From Nitrospinales bacterium (GTDB taxonomy: Bacteria > Nitrospinota > Nitrospinia > Nitrospinales > VA-1), in NCBI GenBank assembly GCA_965223795.1, contig CBDCXL010000002.1, positions 960,001-1,024,000 on the forward strand: a DNA stretch of 64,000 nucleotides. The letters are read 5' to 3'. The translations under genes and the position numbers were made by a program. The stretch's first letter is position 1, and the number at the start of each line of letters is the position of its first letter. Shown piece by piece: positions 43,310 through 53,259 of this stretch. The notes beneath the pieces were generated by a model. It ran no database searches. It had not been told where the DNA came from and worked only from the letters and a program-made list of their open reading frames with translations.

Positions 43310-43918
43310 ATGAAGACCACCGAACAGACGACCGACCAGATTCGCAACCAGATCCTCGACGCCGCCATGGAGCGCTTCGGCCGCTACGGCTGGGGCAAGA
43401 CCACGATGGCGGAGATCGCCAAAGACTGCGAGATGTCCGCCGGAAATCTGTACCGCTATTACGAAAACAAAAAAGAGATCGGCGCGGGCTGTGCCGAGCG
43501 CTGCATGAAAACGTCGGAGGCGCTGTGGCGGGAAGTGCTGAACAAACCCGGCCTCACCGCGGCGGACCGGCTGCGCGAGGCCATCGTGGCTAAGGTGGGC
43601 AACCTGTACAAGGAATTTTCGGAGCGGCCGCCGCTGTTCGAACTGGTGATCTTCGTCTCCAAGGAACGGGGCGATCTGGTTTCGCGGCACGAGGCGTCGC
43701 AGCAGTCCCTGATCGCGGAAATCCTGGCGGAAGGCAACCGCAGCGGTGAATTCGACGTGCCGGACGTGCTGAAAACGGCGAAAGACATCCTCGGCGCCAC
43801 GTTCAAATTCATCGCGCCGCACTATATGGGCTCGCTCAGCCGGATCTCGCTCAAGGACCTGGAAAACGAGGCCCGGCAGGTGGTCGATCTGCTGGTCCGG
43901 GGACTGGAAAAACGTTGA
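43310..43918 (+). CDS. TetR/AcrR family transcriptional regulator
   Basis: ILDAAMERF..YG..KTTMAEIA...MSAGNLYRYYENK helix-turn-helix. Confidence 0.93.
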   Translation: MKTTEQTTDQIRNQILDAAMERFGRYGWGKTTMAEIAKDCEMSAGNLYRYYENKKEIGAGCAERCMKTSEALWREVLNKPGLTAADRLREAIVAKVGNLYKEFSERPPLFELVIFVSKERGDLVSRHEASQQSLIAEILAEGNRSGEFDVPDVLKTAKDILGATFKFIAPHYMGSLSRISLKDLENEARQVVDLLVRGLEKR

Positions 43919-43935
43919 TTTTTTTGCTCTGACAG

Positions 43936-43957
43936 TGAATATTTTACAGAAAATTCA
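43936..43957. promoter_or_regulatory. Second probable TetR operator upstream of the MMPL gene
   Basis: TGAATATTTTAcagaaaATTCA matches TGAATATTTTAtacattATTCA at 43213-43234. Confidence 0.65.
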
Positions 43958-43996
43958 ACTATTAATTCTCAAACAACCGATCTCGGGGTGGGGACA

Positions 43997-46330
43997 ATGA
44001 GTTACGGAGAATGGGTCATCCGGTACCGGTGGTGGATCATCGCCGCCACGATCTGCGGTGTGATGGCGGTGGCCAGCGGCGCGCGTTTTTTGGGATTCAC
44101 CACCGATTACCGTGTGTTTTTCAGTAAAGAAAATCCGCAACTGGCGGCGTTCGAGGCGTTGCAGAACACCTACACCAAGGAAGACAACGCCATGATCGCC
44201 ATCGAGCCGAAAGACGGCAAGGTGTTCACGCGCGAAACGCTCAAGGTGGTGGAGGAAGTCACGAAGCGGTCCTGGCAGATCCCCTACTCCATCCGTGTCG
44301 ATTCAGTCACCAACTTCCAGTACACCTCGGCGGACGGCGACGACCTGGTGGTGCGCGACCTGGTGGAAAACGCGGAATCGTTTTCGGACGCGGATCTGGA
44401 AAAGGCCAAACGCATCGCGCTCGCCGAGCCTCTGCTGCGCGACCGGCTGATCAACCCGGACACGACGATGACGGCGGTGAACGTCACCATCAACCTGCCG
44501 GGCAAGCACATCGATGAAGTGCCGGAGGTGGTGGCCTACGTGCGCGGCATGGCGGATGAATTCCGTTCCAAATATCCGGACATCAACATCTACCTGACCG
44601 GCGTCATGTTCATGAACAACTCGTTCAGCGAGGCGGGCCAGGGCGACATGCAGACGCTGATCCCGGTCATGTACCTGCTCGTCATCGGGATCATGCTCGT
44701 CATTCTGCGCTCGGTGACCGCCACGCTGACCACGGTCGTCGTGATCGCGTTTTCGATTCTCACCGGCATGGGCTTCGCGGGCTGGATGGGCATCAAGCTG
44801 ACGCCGGTGTCGGCCAACGCGCCGACCATCATTTTGACTCTGGCGGTGGCGGACAGCATCCATATATTGATCACACTGTTGCAAGAGATGCGGCGCGGCA
44901 AATCGAAACGGGAAGCGATCGTCGAAGCGCTGCGCATCAACCATCAGCCCGTGTTCATCACCAGCGTGACCACGGCGATCGGTTTTCTGAGCCTCAATTT
45001 CGGCGACTCGCCGCCGTTCTGGCACCTCGGAAACACGGTGGCGGTGGGCGTGATGGCGGCTTACGTGTACTCGGTGGGTTTTCTTCCGGCGGCTTTGTCG
45101 GTTCTTCCTCTTAAAGTCAAGGACAGTAAAAAGAACGGCACGTTGTGGTTCGACCGCTTCGCTGATTTTGTCATTCAGTGGAAAAAACCCCTGCTCTGGG
45201 GCACGCTGACGCTCATCATGCTCATCGCCATCCAGATTCCGCGCATCGAGATCAACGAGAAGTTCAACCAGTATTTCGATACGCGCTACCAGTTCCGTCT
45301 CGACAACGATCACGTGGTCGACAACCTGACCGGGTTTTACTCGATCAATTATTCACTGGGCGCGGGGGAGTCGGGCGGCATCAGCAATCCGGAGTATCTG
45401 GCGAAGGTGGAGGAGTTCGCGGAGTGGTACCGCAAGCAACCCGGCGTCACGTACGTCAGCACGCTGACGGACACGATGAAACGGCTCAACAAGAACATGC
45501 ACAACGACGATCCCGGCTATTACCGGCTGCCGGACTCGCGGGAACTGGCGGCGCAGTACCTGCTGCTGTACGAGTTGTCGCTGCCGTTCGGTCTGGATCT
45601 CAACAACCAGATCAACATCGACAAATCCTCGACCAAGCTGCAGGCGGTGCTTGAGAGCATCTCGACCCGCGAGGCGCTGGACCTGGAAAAGAGCGCGCAG
45701 CAGTGGCTGAAGGACAACGCGCCGGCGCACATGGCATCGAACGGTTCCAGCCCGCTCATCATGTTCTCGCACATTGCCAAGCGCAATCTTGAAAGCATGA
45801 TGACCGGCACGCTGCTGGCGCTGCTGCTGATCTCGGTGATCCTGATCGCGGCGCTCAAAAGCTTCAAGATCGGCCTGCTCAGCATCGTCCCCAACACGCT
45901 GCCGGTGCTCATGACCTTCGGCATCTGGGGCATCATCTACAAGGAAGTCGGGTTCGCGGTCGCGGTGGTGGCGCCGGTGGCGCTGGGGATCATCGTCGAC
46001 GACACAGTGCATTTTCTCAGCAAGTACCTGCGCGCGCGCCGGGAGCAGGGCAAAAGTCCCGAAGACGCAGTGCGCTATTCGTTCCACACGGTGGGCACGG
46101 CGCTGTGGGTGACGTCGCTGATCCTGACCGCGGGCTTCATCGCGCTTTCGTATTCGGGCTTCACGATGACCTCGCACCTGGGCGCGATGACGACGATCGC
46201 GATCCTTTCGGCGCTGGTGGCGGACTTTCTGTTTCTGCCGCCGCTTCTGATGGCGATCGCCAAGAAACAAGCCCCGGCCCCGGCCGGGGCGGTGTTCGCC
46301 CGCACGGCGGAGAGCAAGGCGCAGGAATGA
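43997..46330 (+). CDS. MMPL/RND-family transporter
   Basis: Two-repeat 12-TM topology; LAVADSIH, TSVTTAIGF and GIIVDDTVHF motifs. Confidence 0.92.
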   Translation: MSYGEWVIRYRWWIIAATICGVMAVASGARFLGFTTDYRVFFSKENPQLAAFEALQNTYTKEDNAMIAIEPKDGKVFTRETLKVVEEVTKRSWQIPYSIRVDSVTNFQYTSADGDDLVVRDLVENAESFSDADLEKAKRIALAEPLLRDRLINPDTTMTAVNVTINLPGKHIDEVPEVVAYVRGMADEFRSKYPDINIYLTGVMFMNNSFSEAGQGDMQTLIPVMYLLVIGIMLVILRSVTATLTTVVVIAFSILTGMGFAGWMGIKLTPVSANAPTIILTLAVADSIHILITLLQEMRRGKSKREAIVEALRINHQPVFITSVTTAIGFLSLNFGDSPPFWHLGNTVAVGVMAAYVYSVGFLPAALSVLPLKVKDSKKNGTLWFDRFADFVIQWKKPLLWGTLTLIMLIAIQIPRIEINEKFNQYFDTRYQFRLDNDHVVDNLTGFYSINYSLGAGESGGISNPEYLAKVEEFAEWYRKQPGVTYVSTLTDTMKRLNKNMHNDDPGYYRLPDSRELAAQYLLLYELSLPFGLDLNNQINIDKSSTKLQAVLESISTREALDLEKSAQQWLKDNAPAHMASNGSSPLIMFSHIAKRNLESMMTGTLLALLLISVILIAALKSFKIGLLSIVPNTLPVLMTFGIWGIIYKEVGFAVAVVAPVALGIIVDDTVHFLSKYLRARREQGKSPEDAVRYSFHTVGTALWVTSLILTAGFIALSYSGFTMTSHLGAMTTIAILSALVADFLFLPPLLMAIAKKQAPAPAGAVFARTAESKAQE

Positions 46331-46476
46331 GTGAGCGCAAACAAACTTCAACTTCATCAACCCGTGAAGCGGTTTTACGGCGGCTCGCCGAAAACATCGG
46401 ATAGCCGATACAGGCGAACATCCGGGTCCGGGCGCAAAAACGGGCTTCACAAAAGGCTACGGCAGGAGAGACGCTC

Positions 46477-47262
46477 ATGATACGATTTTTAATATTCTGG
46501 GTGCTGGCCGCGCTGGCGGCACCGGCGGCGGTGGCGGCGGAAACGCCGGAGGAGAAGGGCCTCGCCATCGCGCAGGAGGACGACAAGCGCGACAACGGTT
46601 TCCATGATTTCACCGCGGACATGGTGATGATCCTGAAAAACCGCCACGGCGAGGAAAGCAAGCGCACTATCCGCAACCGCACGCTGGAAGTGGAAGGCGA
46701 CGGCGACAAATCGCTGGTGATCTTCGACCGGCCGCGCGACGTGAAGGGAACGGCGCTCTTGAATTTCAGCCACAAAGAGGGAAACGACGATCAGTGGCTG
46801 TTCCTTCCCGCCCTGAAGCGGGTCAAGCGCATCAGCTCGGCGAACAAGTCGGGCTCGTTCATGGGCAGCGAGTTCGCCTACGAGGACGTGACCAGCCAGG
46901 AGGTGGAAAAATACACGTACAAGTGGATCAAAGACGAAACGCTGGACGGCAAGGAATGTTTCGTCTTCGAGCGCTACCCGGCGTATAAAAATTCCGGCTA
47001 CACCCGGCAGGTGGTCTGGCTCGACAAGGCGGAGTACCGCATCTACAAGATCGAATATTACGACCGGAAAAACTCGCTGCTCAAAACCCTGGTGTACCGG
47101 GGCTACGATCAGTATCTCGACCGCTACTGGTATCCCAGGGAGATGTTCATGGACAACCATCAGACGGGCAAGAGCACGCTGCTCGTGTGGTCGAACTATG
47201 AGTTCAATACCGGTCTTGAAGATCGGGATTTCAACAAGAACAGTCTGAAGCGCGCGCGTTGA
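46477..47262 (+). CDS. LolA-like outer-membrane lipoprotein-sorting protein
   Basis: Signal peptide; PRDVKGT, DDQWLFLPALKRVKRIS and SFMGSEFAYED motifs. Confidence 0.88.
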   Translation: MIRFLIFWVLAALAAPAAVAAETPEEKGLAIAQEDDKRDNGFHDFTADMVMILKNRHGEESKRTIRNRTLEVEGDGDKSLVIFDRPRDVKGTALLNFSHKEGNDDQWLFLPALKRVKRISSANKSGSFMGSEFAYEDVTSQEVEKYTYKWIKDETLDGKECFVFERYPAYKNSGYTRQVVWLDKAEYRIYKIEYYDRKNSLLKTLVYRGYDQYLDRYWYPREMFMDNHQTGKSTLLVWSNYEFNTGLEDRDFNKNSLKRAR

Positions 47263-47267
47263 GATCC

Positions 47268-48479
47268 ATGAACGGCGCCGCTTTTTCCGGTCGTGCGATC
47301 ACCGCGTTTCTTTTGTGGTTTCTTCTCGCGCTGACACCCGCTGCGGGCGCGCAGGAGTTTTCCGGGTTCGTCGGCGCCGAGGCGCGGCTGTTCGCCAACA
47401 GCGCCATCCACGCGGGACAGAAAGACCATTCGGGTTCTCTGGTTGCGCAGCCTGAGTTTTACTACGAATGGGACGACGGCAGCAGTTTCACCTTCGTGCC
47501 GTTCTACCGGCTGGACAGCGCCGACCCGGAGCGCACGCATTTCGATCTGCGCGAGTTGACCTATCTGTGGCTGAAGGATGATTTCGAGCTGAGGGTGGGC
47601 GTGCGCAAGGTGTTCTGGGGCGCCACGGAGGTGGTGCACCTGGTGGACGTCATCAACCAGACGGACCTGGTGGAAAACCCGGATACGGAGGACAAGCTGG
47701 GACAGCCGATGGTCAATCTGTCGGTGGTGCAGGACTGGGGCATCGTGGACCTGTTTCTGCTGCCCTATTTCCGGGAGCGGACGTTTCCCGGCCGGCGCGG
47801 GCGGCTGCGCAGCCAGCTTGTGGTGGACACGGACCAGGCGCAGTTCGAAAGCGCCGCGGAAGAGTGGCACACGGACTGGGCGGCGCGTTACAGCCACACG
47901 CTGGGCGACCTCGATTTCGGGGTGTATCATTTCATGGGGACGGGGCGCGAGCCGACGCTGATCCCGAGCGCCGACGGATCGGGAGACCCGGTTCTGGTTC
48001 CGTTGTACGAGCAGATCCACCAGACCGGGCTGGACGCGACCTACGTTCTCGGCGAGTGGCTGTGGAAGCTGGAAGCGCTGTACCGCAGCGGCCAGGGCAA
48101 CCGGGATTTTTTTTCCTGGACGGGCGGCTTCGAGTACACGTTCACGCGCATCTGGGACACGCCGATGGACCTGGGCGTGCTGCTGGAAGGCATCTTCGAT
48201 GAGCGGGGCAGAAACGCCACGACGCCGTTCGAGCACGATCTCGCCGGCGGGCTCAGGCTCACGCTCAACGATCCGGAAAGCACGGAGCTGCTTTTCGGCT
48301 GGGTGCAGGATTTGAAAAGCGATGCGCGGTTTTTGTTCCTTGAAACCAGCCGCCGATTCGGCGACCATTGGAAACTGACCGTAGAGCTTCGTACCTTTTT
48401 CAGCCAGCCCGCGGAAGACATTCTGTTCGACCAGCGTGCGGACGATTTTCTGCAGGCGGAACTGGCTTATTATTTTTGA
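47268..48479 (+). CDS. Putative outer-membrane beta-barrel protein
   Basis: Signal peptide; amphipathic strands; C-terminal AELAYYF; usual partner of MMPL plus LolA-like genes. Confidence 0.75.
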   Translation: MNGAAFSGRAITAFLLWFLLALTPAAGAQEFSGFVGAEARLFANSAIHAGQKDHSGSLVAQPEFYYEWDDGSSFTFVPFYRLDSADPERTHFDLRELTYLWLKDDFELRVGVRKVFWGATEVVHLVDVINQTDLVENPDTEDKLGQPMVNLSVVQDWGIVDLFLLPYFRERTFPGRRGRLRSQLVVDTDQAQFESAAEEWHTDWAARYSHTLGDLDFGVYHFMGTGREPTLIPSADGSGDPVLVPLYEQIHQTGLDATYVLGEWLWKLEALYRSGQGNRDFFSWTGGFEYTFTRIWDTPMDLGVLLEGIFDERGRNATTPFEHDLAGGLRLTLNDPESTELLFGWVQDLKSDARFLFLETSRRFGDHWKLTVELRTFFSQPAEDILFDQRADDFLQAELAYYF

Positions 48480-48496
48480 CGCGGGGGTGTGCCTTG

Positions 48497-49810
48497 ATGA
48501 ACGGCTTACGATGTTTGGTGATCTTTGTTGCGGTTTTTGCCGCGTCCTCCGGCAAGGCGCTGGCAGCGGAAAACACGTTTCACGCGCTGCTGTCTGAAAA
48601 GGCCGTTCTTGAACAACGCTATGGCGTCAAAAACCTCGAGTGTTTTCCCTTCAAGCAGGACATCGGTTTCACTCAGGACCAGATCCCGTTGATCGAAAAC
48701 TGCCTGTCGGCGGTGCGGACCTTGAAGGACGCTTTCAAAGAAGTCGCCGACCCGGAATACCGGGTGGTGGGGATCAGCACACGGTTTCTGCGCACGGCGG
48801 GATTTCACACGGTGCTGGTGAAATGGGACGCCTCGAAAGAAGAGTTGGTGCGCTTTCTCAAAGGCAACATGCCCCGCAAACAACGGAGGGGATTTCTCGA
48901 TCAGATCATCGCGCTGAAGAAAGAGATCAACAACAAGCTCAACATCCACCGGCTCTACTGTTCGCAGGAAATCTCCAATGACGACTGCCTGACCGGCTAC
49001 CGGAACCTGGCGAAGGCGGTGGCGGAGGACACGCCGGCAAAGGTCGAATGGCGCGAGATCGCCGTCACTTCTTCCCCGCTGCCGCATGAAGACCCGCACA
49101 CGCTGGCTCTGGCGTTCGACCTTTCGCCTGAGGAAATGCGCGCGCTGCTGAAAACCGACGTGCAGGCGCGGTGGACGCAGCGCCGCAAAGCGTACGAAAA
49201 AATTCAGGAGGATTTCGGGCAGGGGTTCCGCGAGCGGCTGCAGATGGAGGACCTGCTGTGCGGGCTGGACATCACGATCGAGCAGTGCCGGGAAGGGGCG
49301 GCCAATCTGCATGCGGCGAGTCAGGACGACGCGCTGCAGGAACGCTACTGGGGCCGGGTGGTCATCCGCAAATACAACACCTTCATCGAGGACGACTTCA
49401 ACGTTTCGCTGCGCTACGATCTTGCGCCGGAAGCCATCGTCGAACATTTTTCCCAAAAGCCCACGCGCCAGGAAGCCACGCGCAACACCATCCAGGCGGA
49501 AAAACTGGAAGGGCGCACCAAAAACAATCCGGCTCGACTGCGCGGGATCTGCGATCTGGAAGGGCTGAGCTCCAAGCAGTGCGCCCGGTCGTTCCAGATG
49601 TTCATCGATTTTCTCAAAAAAAACCGCGAGTACCGGGTGCAAAGGCCCTGGACCGACCTGATGTTCGTCGACGGCCACCAGTTGTCGCGGGTCAATTTCG
49701 CGCTCAATTCCTCGTCCCGCGACACGTACCTCTACATCGACGCCAACAGCGATGAAGATGAATTCGAATCGTATCTCAACCGGTTCCGCGGTGAAGTGAA
49801 AGACGAATAG
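48497..49810 (+). CDS. Secreted hypothetical protein with four ~100-aa Cys-pair repeats
   Basis: Signal peptide (ALA|AE); four repeats, each with a Cys pair. Confidence 0.75.
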   Translation: MNGLRCLVIFVAVFAASSGKALAAENTFHALLSEKAVLEQRYGVKNLECFPFKQDIGFTQDQIPLIENCLSAVRTLKDAFKEVADPEYRVVGISTRFLRTAGFHTVLVKWDASKEELVRFLKGNMPRKQRRGFLDQIIALKKEINNKLNIHRLYCSQEISNDDCLTGYRNLAKAVAEDTPAKVEWREIAVTSSPLPHEDPHTLALAFDLSPEEMRALLKTDVQARWTQRRKAYEKIQEDFGQGFRERLQMEDLLCGLDITIEQCREGAANLHAASQDDALQERYWGRVVIRKYNTFIEDDFNVSLRYDLAPEAIVEHFSQKPTRQEATRNTIQAEKLEGRTKNNPARLRGICDLEGLSSKQCARSFQMFIDFLKKNREYRVQRPWTDLMFVDGHQLSRVNFALNSSSRDTYLYIDANSDEDEFESYLNRFRGEVKDE

Positions 49811-49875
49811 GGTTTCACCGCGACGGGGGATCCCTCGGTCCGCCCGCGCCTGGCAGTCCCTGCGAGGGACGGATT

Positions 49876-51906
49876 ATGTCCGACACATCCCGCCTGATTC
49901 CCTGGCTCATCGCCGCTGTTCTTCTGCTCGACCTGTGCCTGTCCCTCAACGCAAGGCTGGGCTATTCCAGCCCCAGCGAACGCTGGCAGCCGAATCCGAA
50001 ACAATTTGCAGATCTGTCCTGGCCGCCCGGGGCGGACCTGCCTGAAAACACTCCTTTGGGCGAAAGCGTCTATGCCCGCCACTGCGCGGTGTGCCACGGT
50101 CCCGGCGGCCGGGGCAACGGCCCGGCGGCGCCTTCACTGATTCCGCGTCCGCGCGATTTCACCCTCGGCCAGTTCAAGTACAAATCCACCGCTACCGGGC
50201 AGCCGCCGACCGATCTGGATCTCATCGCCGTTGTGTCCAAAGGGCTTCCAGCCAGCGCGATGCCCTACTGGGAGGATGTGCTGAGTAAAAAGGAAATCCT
50301 TTCGGTGGTGCGATTCATCAAAACCTTATCGCCGGTGTTCGAGAACGCGGCGCCGCAACCGGTCGCGGCTGCGAAACGGCCTGCGTTTTCGCCGGAAAGC
50401 GTTGAGACCGGCCGCGCGTTGTATGAAGCGCAGCAATGCGGAGTGTGCCACGGCGCGGACGGAAGCGGCGGCCTCAGGCTTGAGGACGCCAAAGGGTATC
50501 CGGTGTTTTCGCGCGATCTCACGGCTCCCTGGACGTTTCGCGGCGGCGGCGAACCGGAGCGGATCTGGCTGCGCCTGACCACGGGGCTGGCTCCGGGACC
50601 GATGCCGTCGTATGCCAGCCCGCTGAACGATGCACAGCGCTGGCACCTGGTGCATTACCTGATCTCGATCGCGCGCGCGCCGCCGTGGATGCCGGGCGGT
50701 CAACTGGCGGGCCGGGGGCAGCACCCCGATCCGGTGACGCGCGGCGAATACCTGGTGCACGCACAGATGTGCGGCCTGTGCCACACGCAGATCAACCGCA
50801 CGGGGATCTACCGCGACGACCGTTATCTGGCGGGCGGCATGCGGGTGGGCGCGTACCCTTACGGCGTGTTCGTCTCGCGCAACCTGACTTCCGATGCAAA
50901 GACGGGCATCGGTGCGCTGAGCGCCGAAGCAATCGCCCGCGCCATCCGCACGGGCCGGCGGCCGGGACGGCTGCTCAATCTTCTGGGCATGCCGTGGATG
51001 TTTCTGCACGGCCTGACGGACGCGGACGCGGCGGCCATCGGCGCGTACCTGAAAACGCTGCCGGCGGTGGACAACGCCATCCCGCCGCCTTTGCACTACG
51101 GGGTGCTGGAAACGACGCTTGTCAAGCTGTACCAGACGCTGACGCACGGCGGCGTGCGGGCGCTCTCGTACGCGGACGGCAATTTCGGCGGCGTGCGGAC
51201 GCGCTGGCTGGCGCCGCACTGGGTTCAGCGGGTTCTGTACGTTCTTGAGACAGCGGCGCTGCTGACGCTGTGTTTTCTGATTCTGCGCGCGGGGTACAGA
51301 AAGGCGAAAAGCCGCGGACGGCCGCGCGCGGCGTCGCGCACGTTCAAAAAAACGCTCGGCACCGCGGCGGTGCTGGGGCTTGTGTGGCTCTGGTACCATT
51401 ATCCGGCGCTTTCGCTCATCCCGCCGCAGGAGATCGCCAAGTCCACGGTGGGCGCGGTGCCCGAGGTGGAGGCGCAGGAGTCGCCGGAACTTCACGCGAT
51501 GGCGGAGCGGGGCCAGTATGTCTACACGGTGGCGTCGTGCGCCTTCTGCCACGGACCCAAAGGGTCGGGCGGCTCGAAGGTCAGCTGGAAACCGTTCGGC
51601 ACGCTGTTCGTTCCCAACATCACGCAGGATGTGGAAACGGGGATCGGCGGCTGGAGCGATGCGGAGATCCTCCGCGCCGTGCGCGGCGGCGTTTCGCGGT
51701 CGGGCCGGACGCTGCACTGGCAGGGCATGATCTGGGACCATGCTAGCAACTGGGGTGAAGAGGACCTGCGTTCTCTGGTTGTTTATCTGAAGACGCTGCC
51801 CGCGGTGAAAAAAAACATTCCCGAGGCGCACCCGCCCTCGGATGCGGATTGTGCGGTGTACACGTTCATCCTGGACGCGAATGCGGAACCGGGTTGCGAT
51901 TATTGA
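49876..51906 (+). CDS. Membrane-anchored tetraheme c-type cytochrome
   Basis: CAVCH, CGVCH, CGLCH and CAFCH, each with a distal Met candidate; N-terminal anchor and two internal hydrophobic helices. Confidence 0.88.
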   Translation: MSDTSRLIPWLIAAVLLLDLCLSLNARLGYSSPSERWQPNPKQFADLSWPPGADLPENTPLGESVYARHCAVCHGPGGRGNGPAAPSLIPRPRDFTLGQFKYKSTATGQPPTDLDLIAVVSKGLPASAMPYWEDVLSKKEILSVVRFIKTLSPVFENAAPQPVAAAKRPAFSPESVETGRALYEAQQCGVCHGADGSGGLRLEDAKGYPVFSRDLTAPWTFRGGGEPERIWLRLTTGLAPGPMPSYASPLNDAQRWHLVHYLISIARAPPWMPGGQLAGRGQHPDPVTRGEYLVHAQMCGLCHTQINRTGIYRDDRYLAGGMRVGAYPYGVFVSRNLTSDAKTGIGALSAEAIARAIRTGRRPGRLLNLLGMPWMFLHGLTDADAAAIGAYLKTLPAVDNAIPPPLHYGVLETTLVKLYQTLTHGGVRALSYADGNFGGVRTRWLAPHWVQRVLYVLETAALLTLCFLILRAGYRKAKSRGRPRAASRTFKKTLGTAAVLGLVWLWYHYPALSLIPPQEIAKSTVGAVPEVEAQESPELHAMAERGQYVYTVASCAFCHGPKGSGGSKVSWKPFGTLFVPNITQDVETGIGGWSDAEILRAVRGGVSRSGRTLHWQGMIWDHASNWGEEDLRSLVVYLKTLPAVKKNIPEAHPPSDADCAVYTFILDANAEPGCDY

Positions 51907-51917
51907 AAGGCAAGGCT

Positions 51918-52787
51918 ATGGCGGATGTGAAACTGAAACTGGATGACAATGTGGACGGCGTGTTTTTCGTCGATTCGACGTGCATCGACTGCGACGCCTG
52001 CCGCAAATTCGCCCCCGGCGTGTTCGGGGAAACCGGGGAGCATTCCTTCGTGAAGCGGCAGCCGCAAAACCGGGAGGAAACCCTCGCGGCGCAGCAGGCG
52101 CTCATCGCCTGCCCGGTGGGTTCGATCGGGACGACCGTCAAGATGAACACGTCACAAGCGCGCGATTCGTTGCCGCTGCCGCTTGCGGAAGGGATTTATC
52201 TCAACGGCTTCAACCACGCCGACTCATTCGGGGCGGACAGTTATTTCATCCGCTCGGACACGGGCAACTGGCTGGTGGACTCGCCGCGCTTCACGCCGCA
52301 CCTGAGAAAGCAGTTCGAGGCGTGGGGCGGTGTGCGCACGATCTTTCTGACGCACCGGGACGACGTGGCGGACGCCCACCTCTACGCCCGGCATTTCGGG
52401 GCGGAGCGCATCATCCACCGTTTCGACGCGGATGCGCAGAAAGACGCGGAGATCGTGCTCGACGGCACGGAGCTTTATGTCCGGGACAAGGCGAAAATCC
52501 TGTTCACGCCGGGGCACACGCGCGGGCATCTGGTGCTGCTGTGGGACGAACGGTTTTTGTTCACGGGCGATCACTTCGCCTGGCTGGCGCAGAAAAACCG
52601 CTTCGGTTCGTTCCGGCGCGCCTGCTGGTATTCCTGGGAAGCGCAGATCGCGTCGGTGGACGCCATGAAGGTGTTCGAACATGTGGAATGGATTCTGCCG
52701 GGGCATGGGAAACGCAGGCAGATCGAGCGCGGGCGTTTTCCGGAAATCGTGGCGGACGCGGTGGACTGGATGCGCAGCGTGGCCTGA
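51918..52787 (+). CDS. Ferredoxin-MBL-fold fusion protein
   Basis: CIDCDAC...CPVGSI; FLTHRDDVADA, TPGHTRGH, FTGDH and LPGHG motifs. Confidence 0.88.
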   Translation: MADVKLKLDDNVDGVFFVDSTCIDCDACRKFAPGVFGETGEHSFVKRQPQNREETLAAQQALIACPVGSIGTTVKMNTSQARDSLPLPLAEGIYLNGFNHADSFGADSYFIRSDTGNWLVDSPRFTPHLRKQFEAWGGVRTIFLTHRDDVADAHLYARHFGAERIIHRFDADAQKDAEIVLDGTELYVRDKAKILFTPGHTRGHLVLLWDERFLFTGDHFAWLAQKNRFGSFRRACWYSWEAQIASVDAMKVFEHVEWILPGHGKRRQIERGRFPEIVADAVDWMRSVA

Positions 52788-52794
52788 CCGCGGG

Positions 52795-53259
52795 TCAGTC
52801 GGGTGTGTTCACGCGGCTCGTGCGCGCATTCTGGGGCAGCAGGTGGTGGCGGGTGTCGTATTCCACGCTGGTCAGCACGAACTGGCGCGCGGTCTGGCTT
52901 TCCAGGTTGATCACCAGCGGGGCCACCAGGTTCGCCGTCATCTCCAGGTAATTTTCCGGGATGGTGACGATCACGCGGGTCTGCAGTTTGTGCTCCGGAC
53001 GGTGATGGATGGTCTTTTTTTCTTCTTCCGTCAATTTCACCACATAATCGGGAACGTACAGGAAGGGATCGGTGATCACGAACGCCAGACCCGGCGTGGT
53101 GAGCGACTGCATCCATTCGAGCGGACTGTCGATGTTGGGATCGAAAGGCAGAAAGGTGAAATTCTTTTCTTTTTCAAAGCCGTACAACCCTGCGGGAAAC
53201 TGGATGATGTCGGATGCTTCCAGTTCGAGGGGGCCAAACCGGGTGGTTTTGTAGATCAT
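52795..53259 (-). CDS. fliW: Flagellar assembly factor / CsrA antagonist FliW
   Basis: TTRFG, FPAGLYGFE, WMQS, DPF and TANLVAPLVIN motifs. Confidence 0.93.
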   Translation of the reverse strand: MIYKTTRFGPLELEASDIIQFPAGLYGFEKEKNFTFLPFDPNIDSPLEWMQSLTTPGLAFVITDPFLYVPDYVVKLTEEEKKTIHHRPEHKLQTRVIVTIPENYLEMTANLVAPLVINLESQTARQFVLTSVEYDTRHHLLPQNARTSRVNTPD

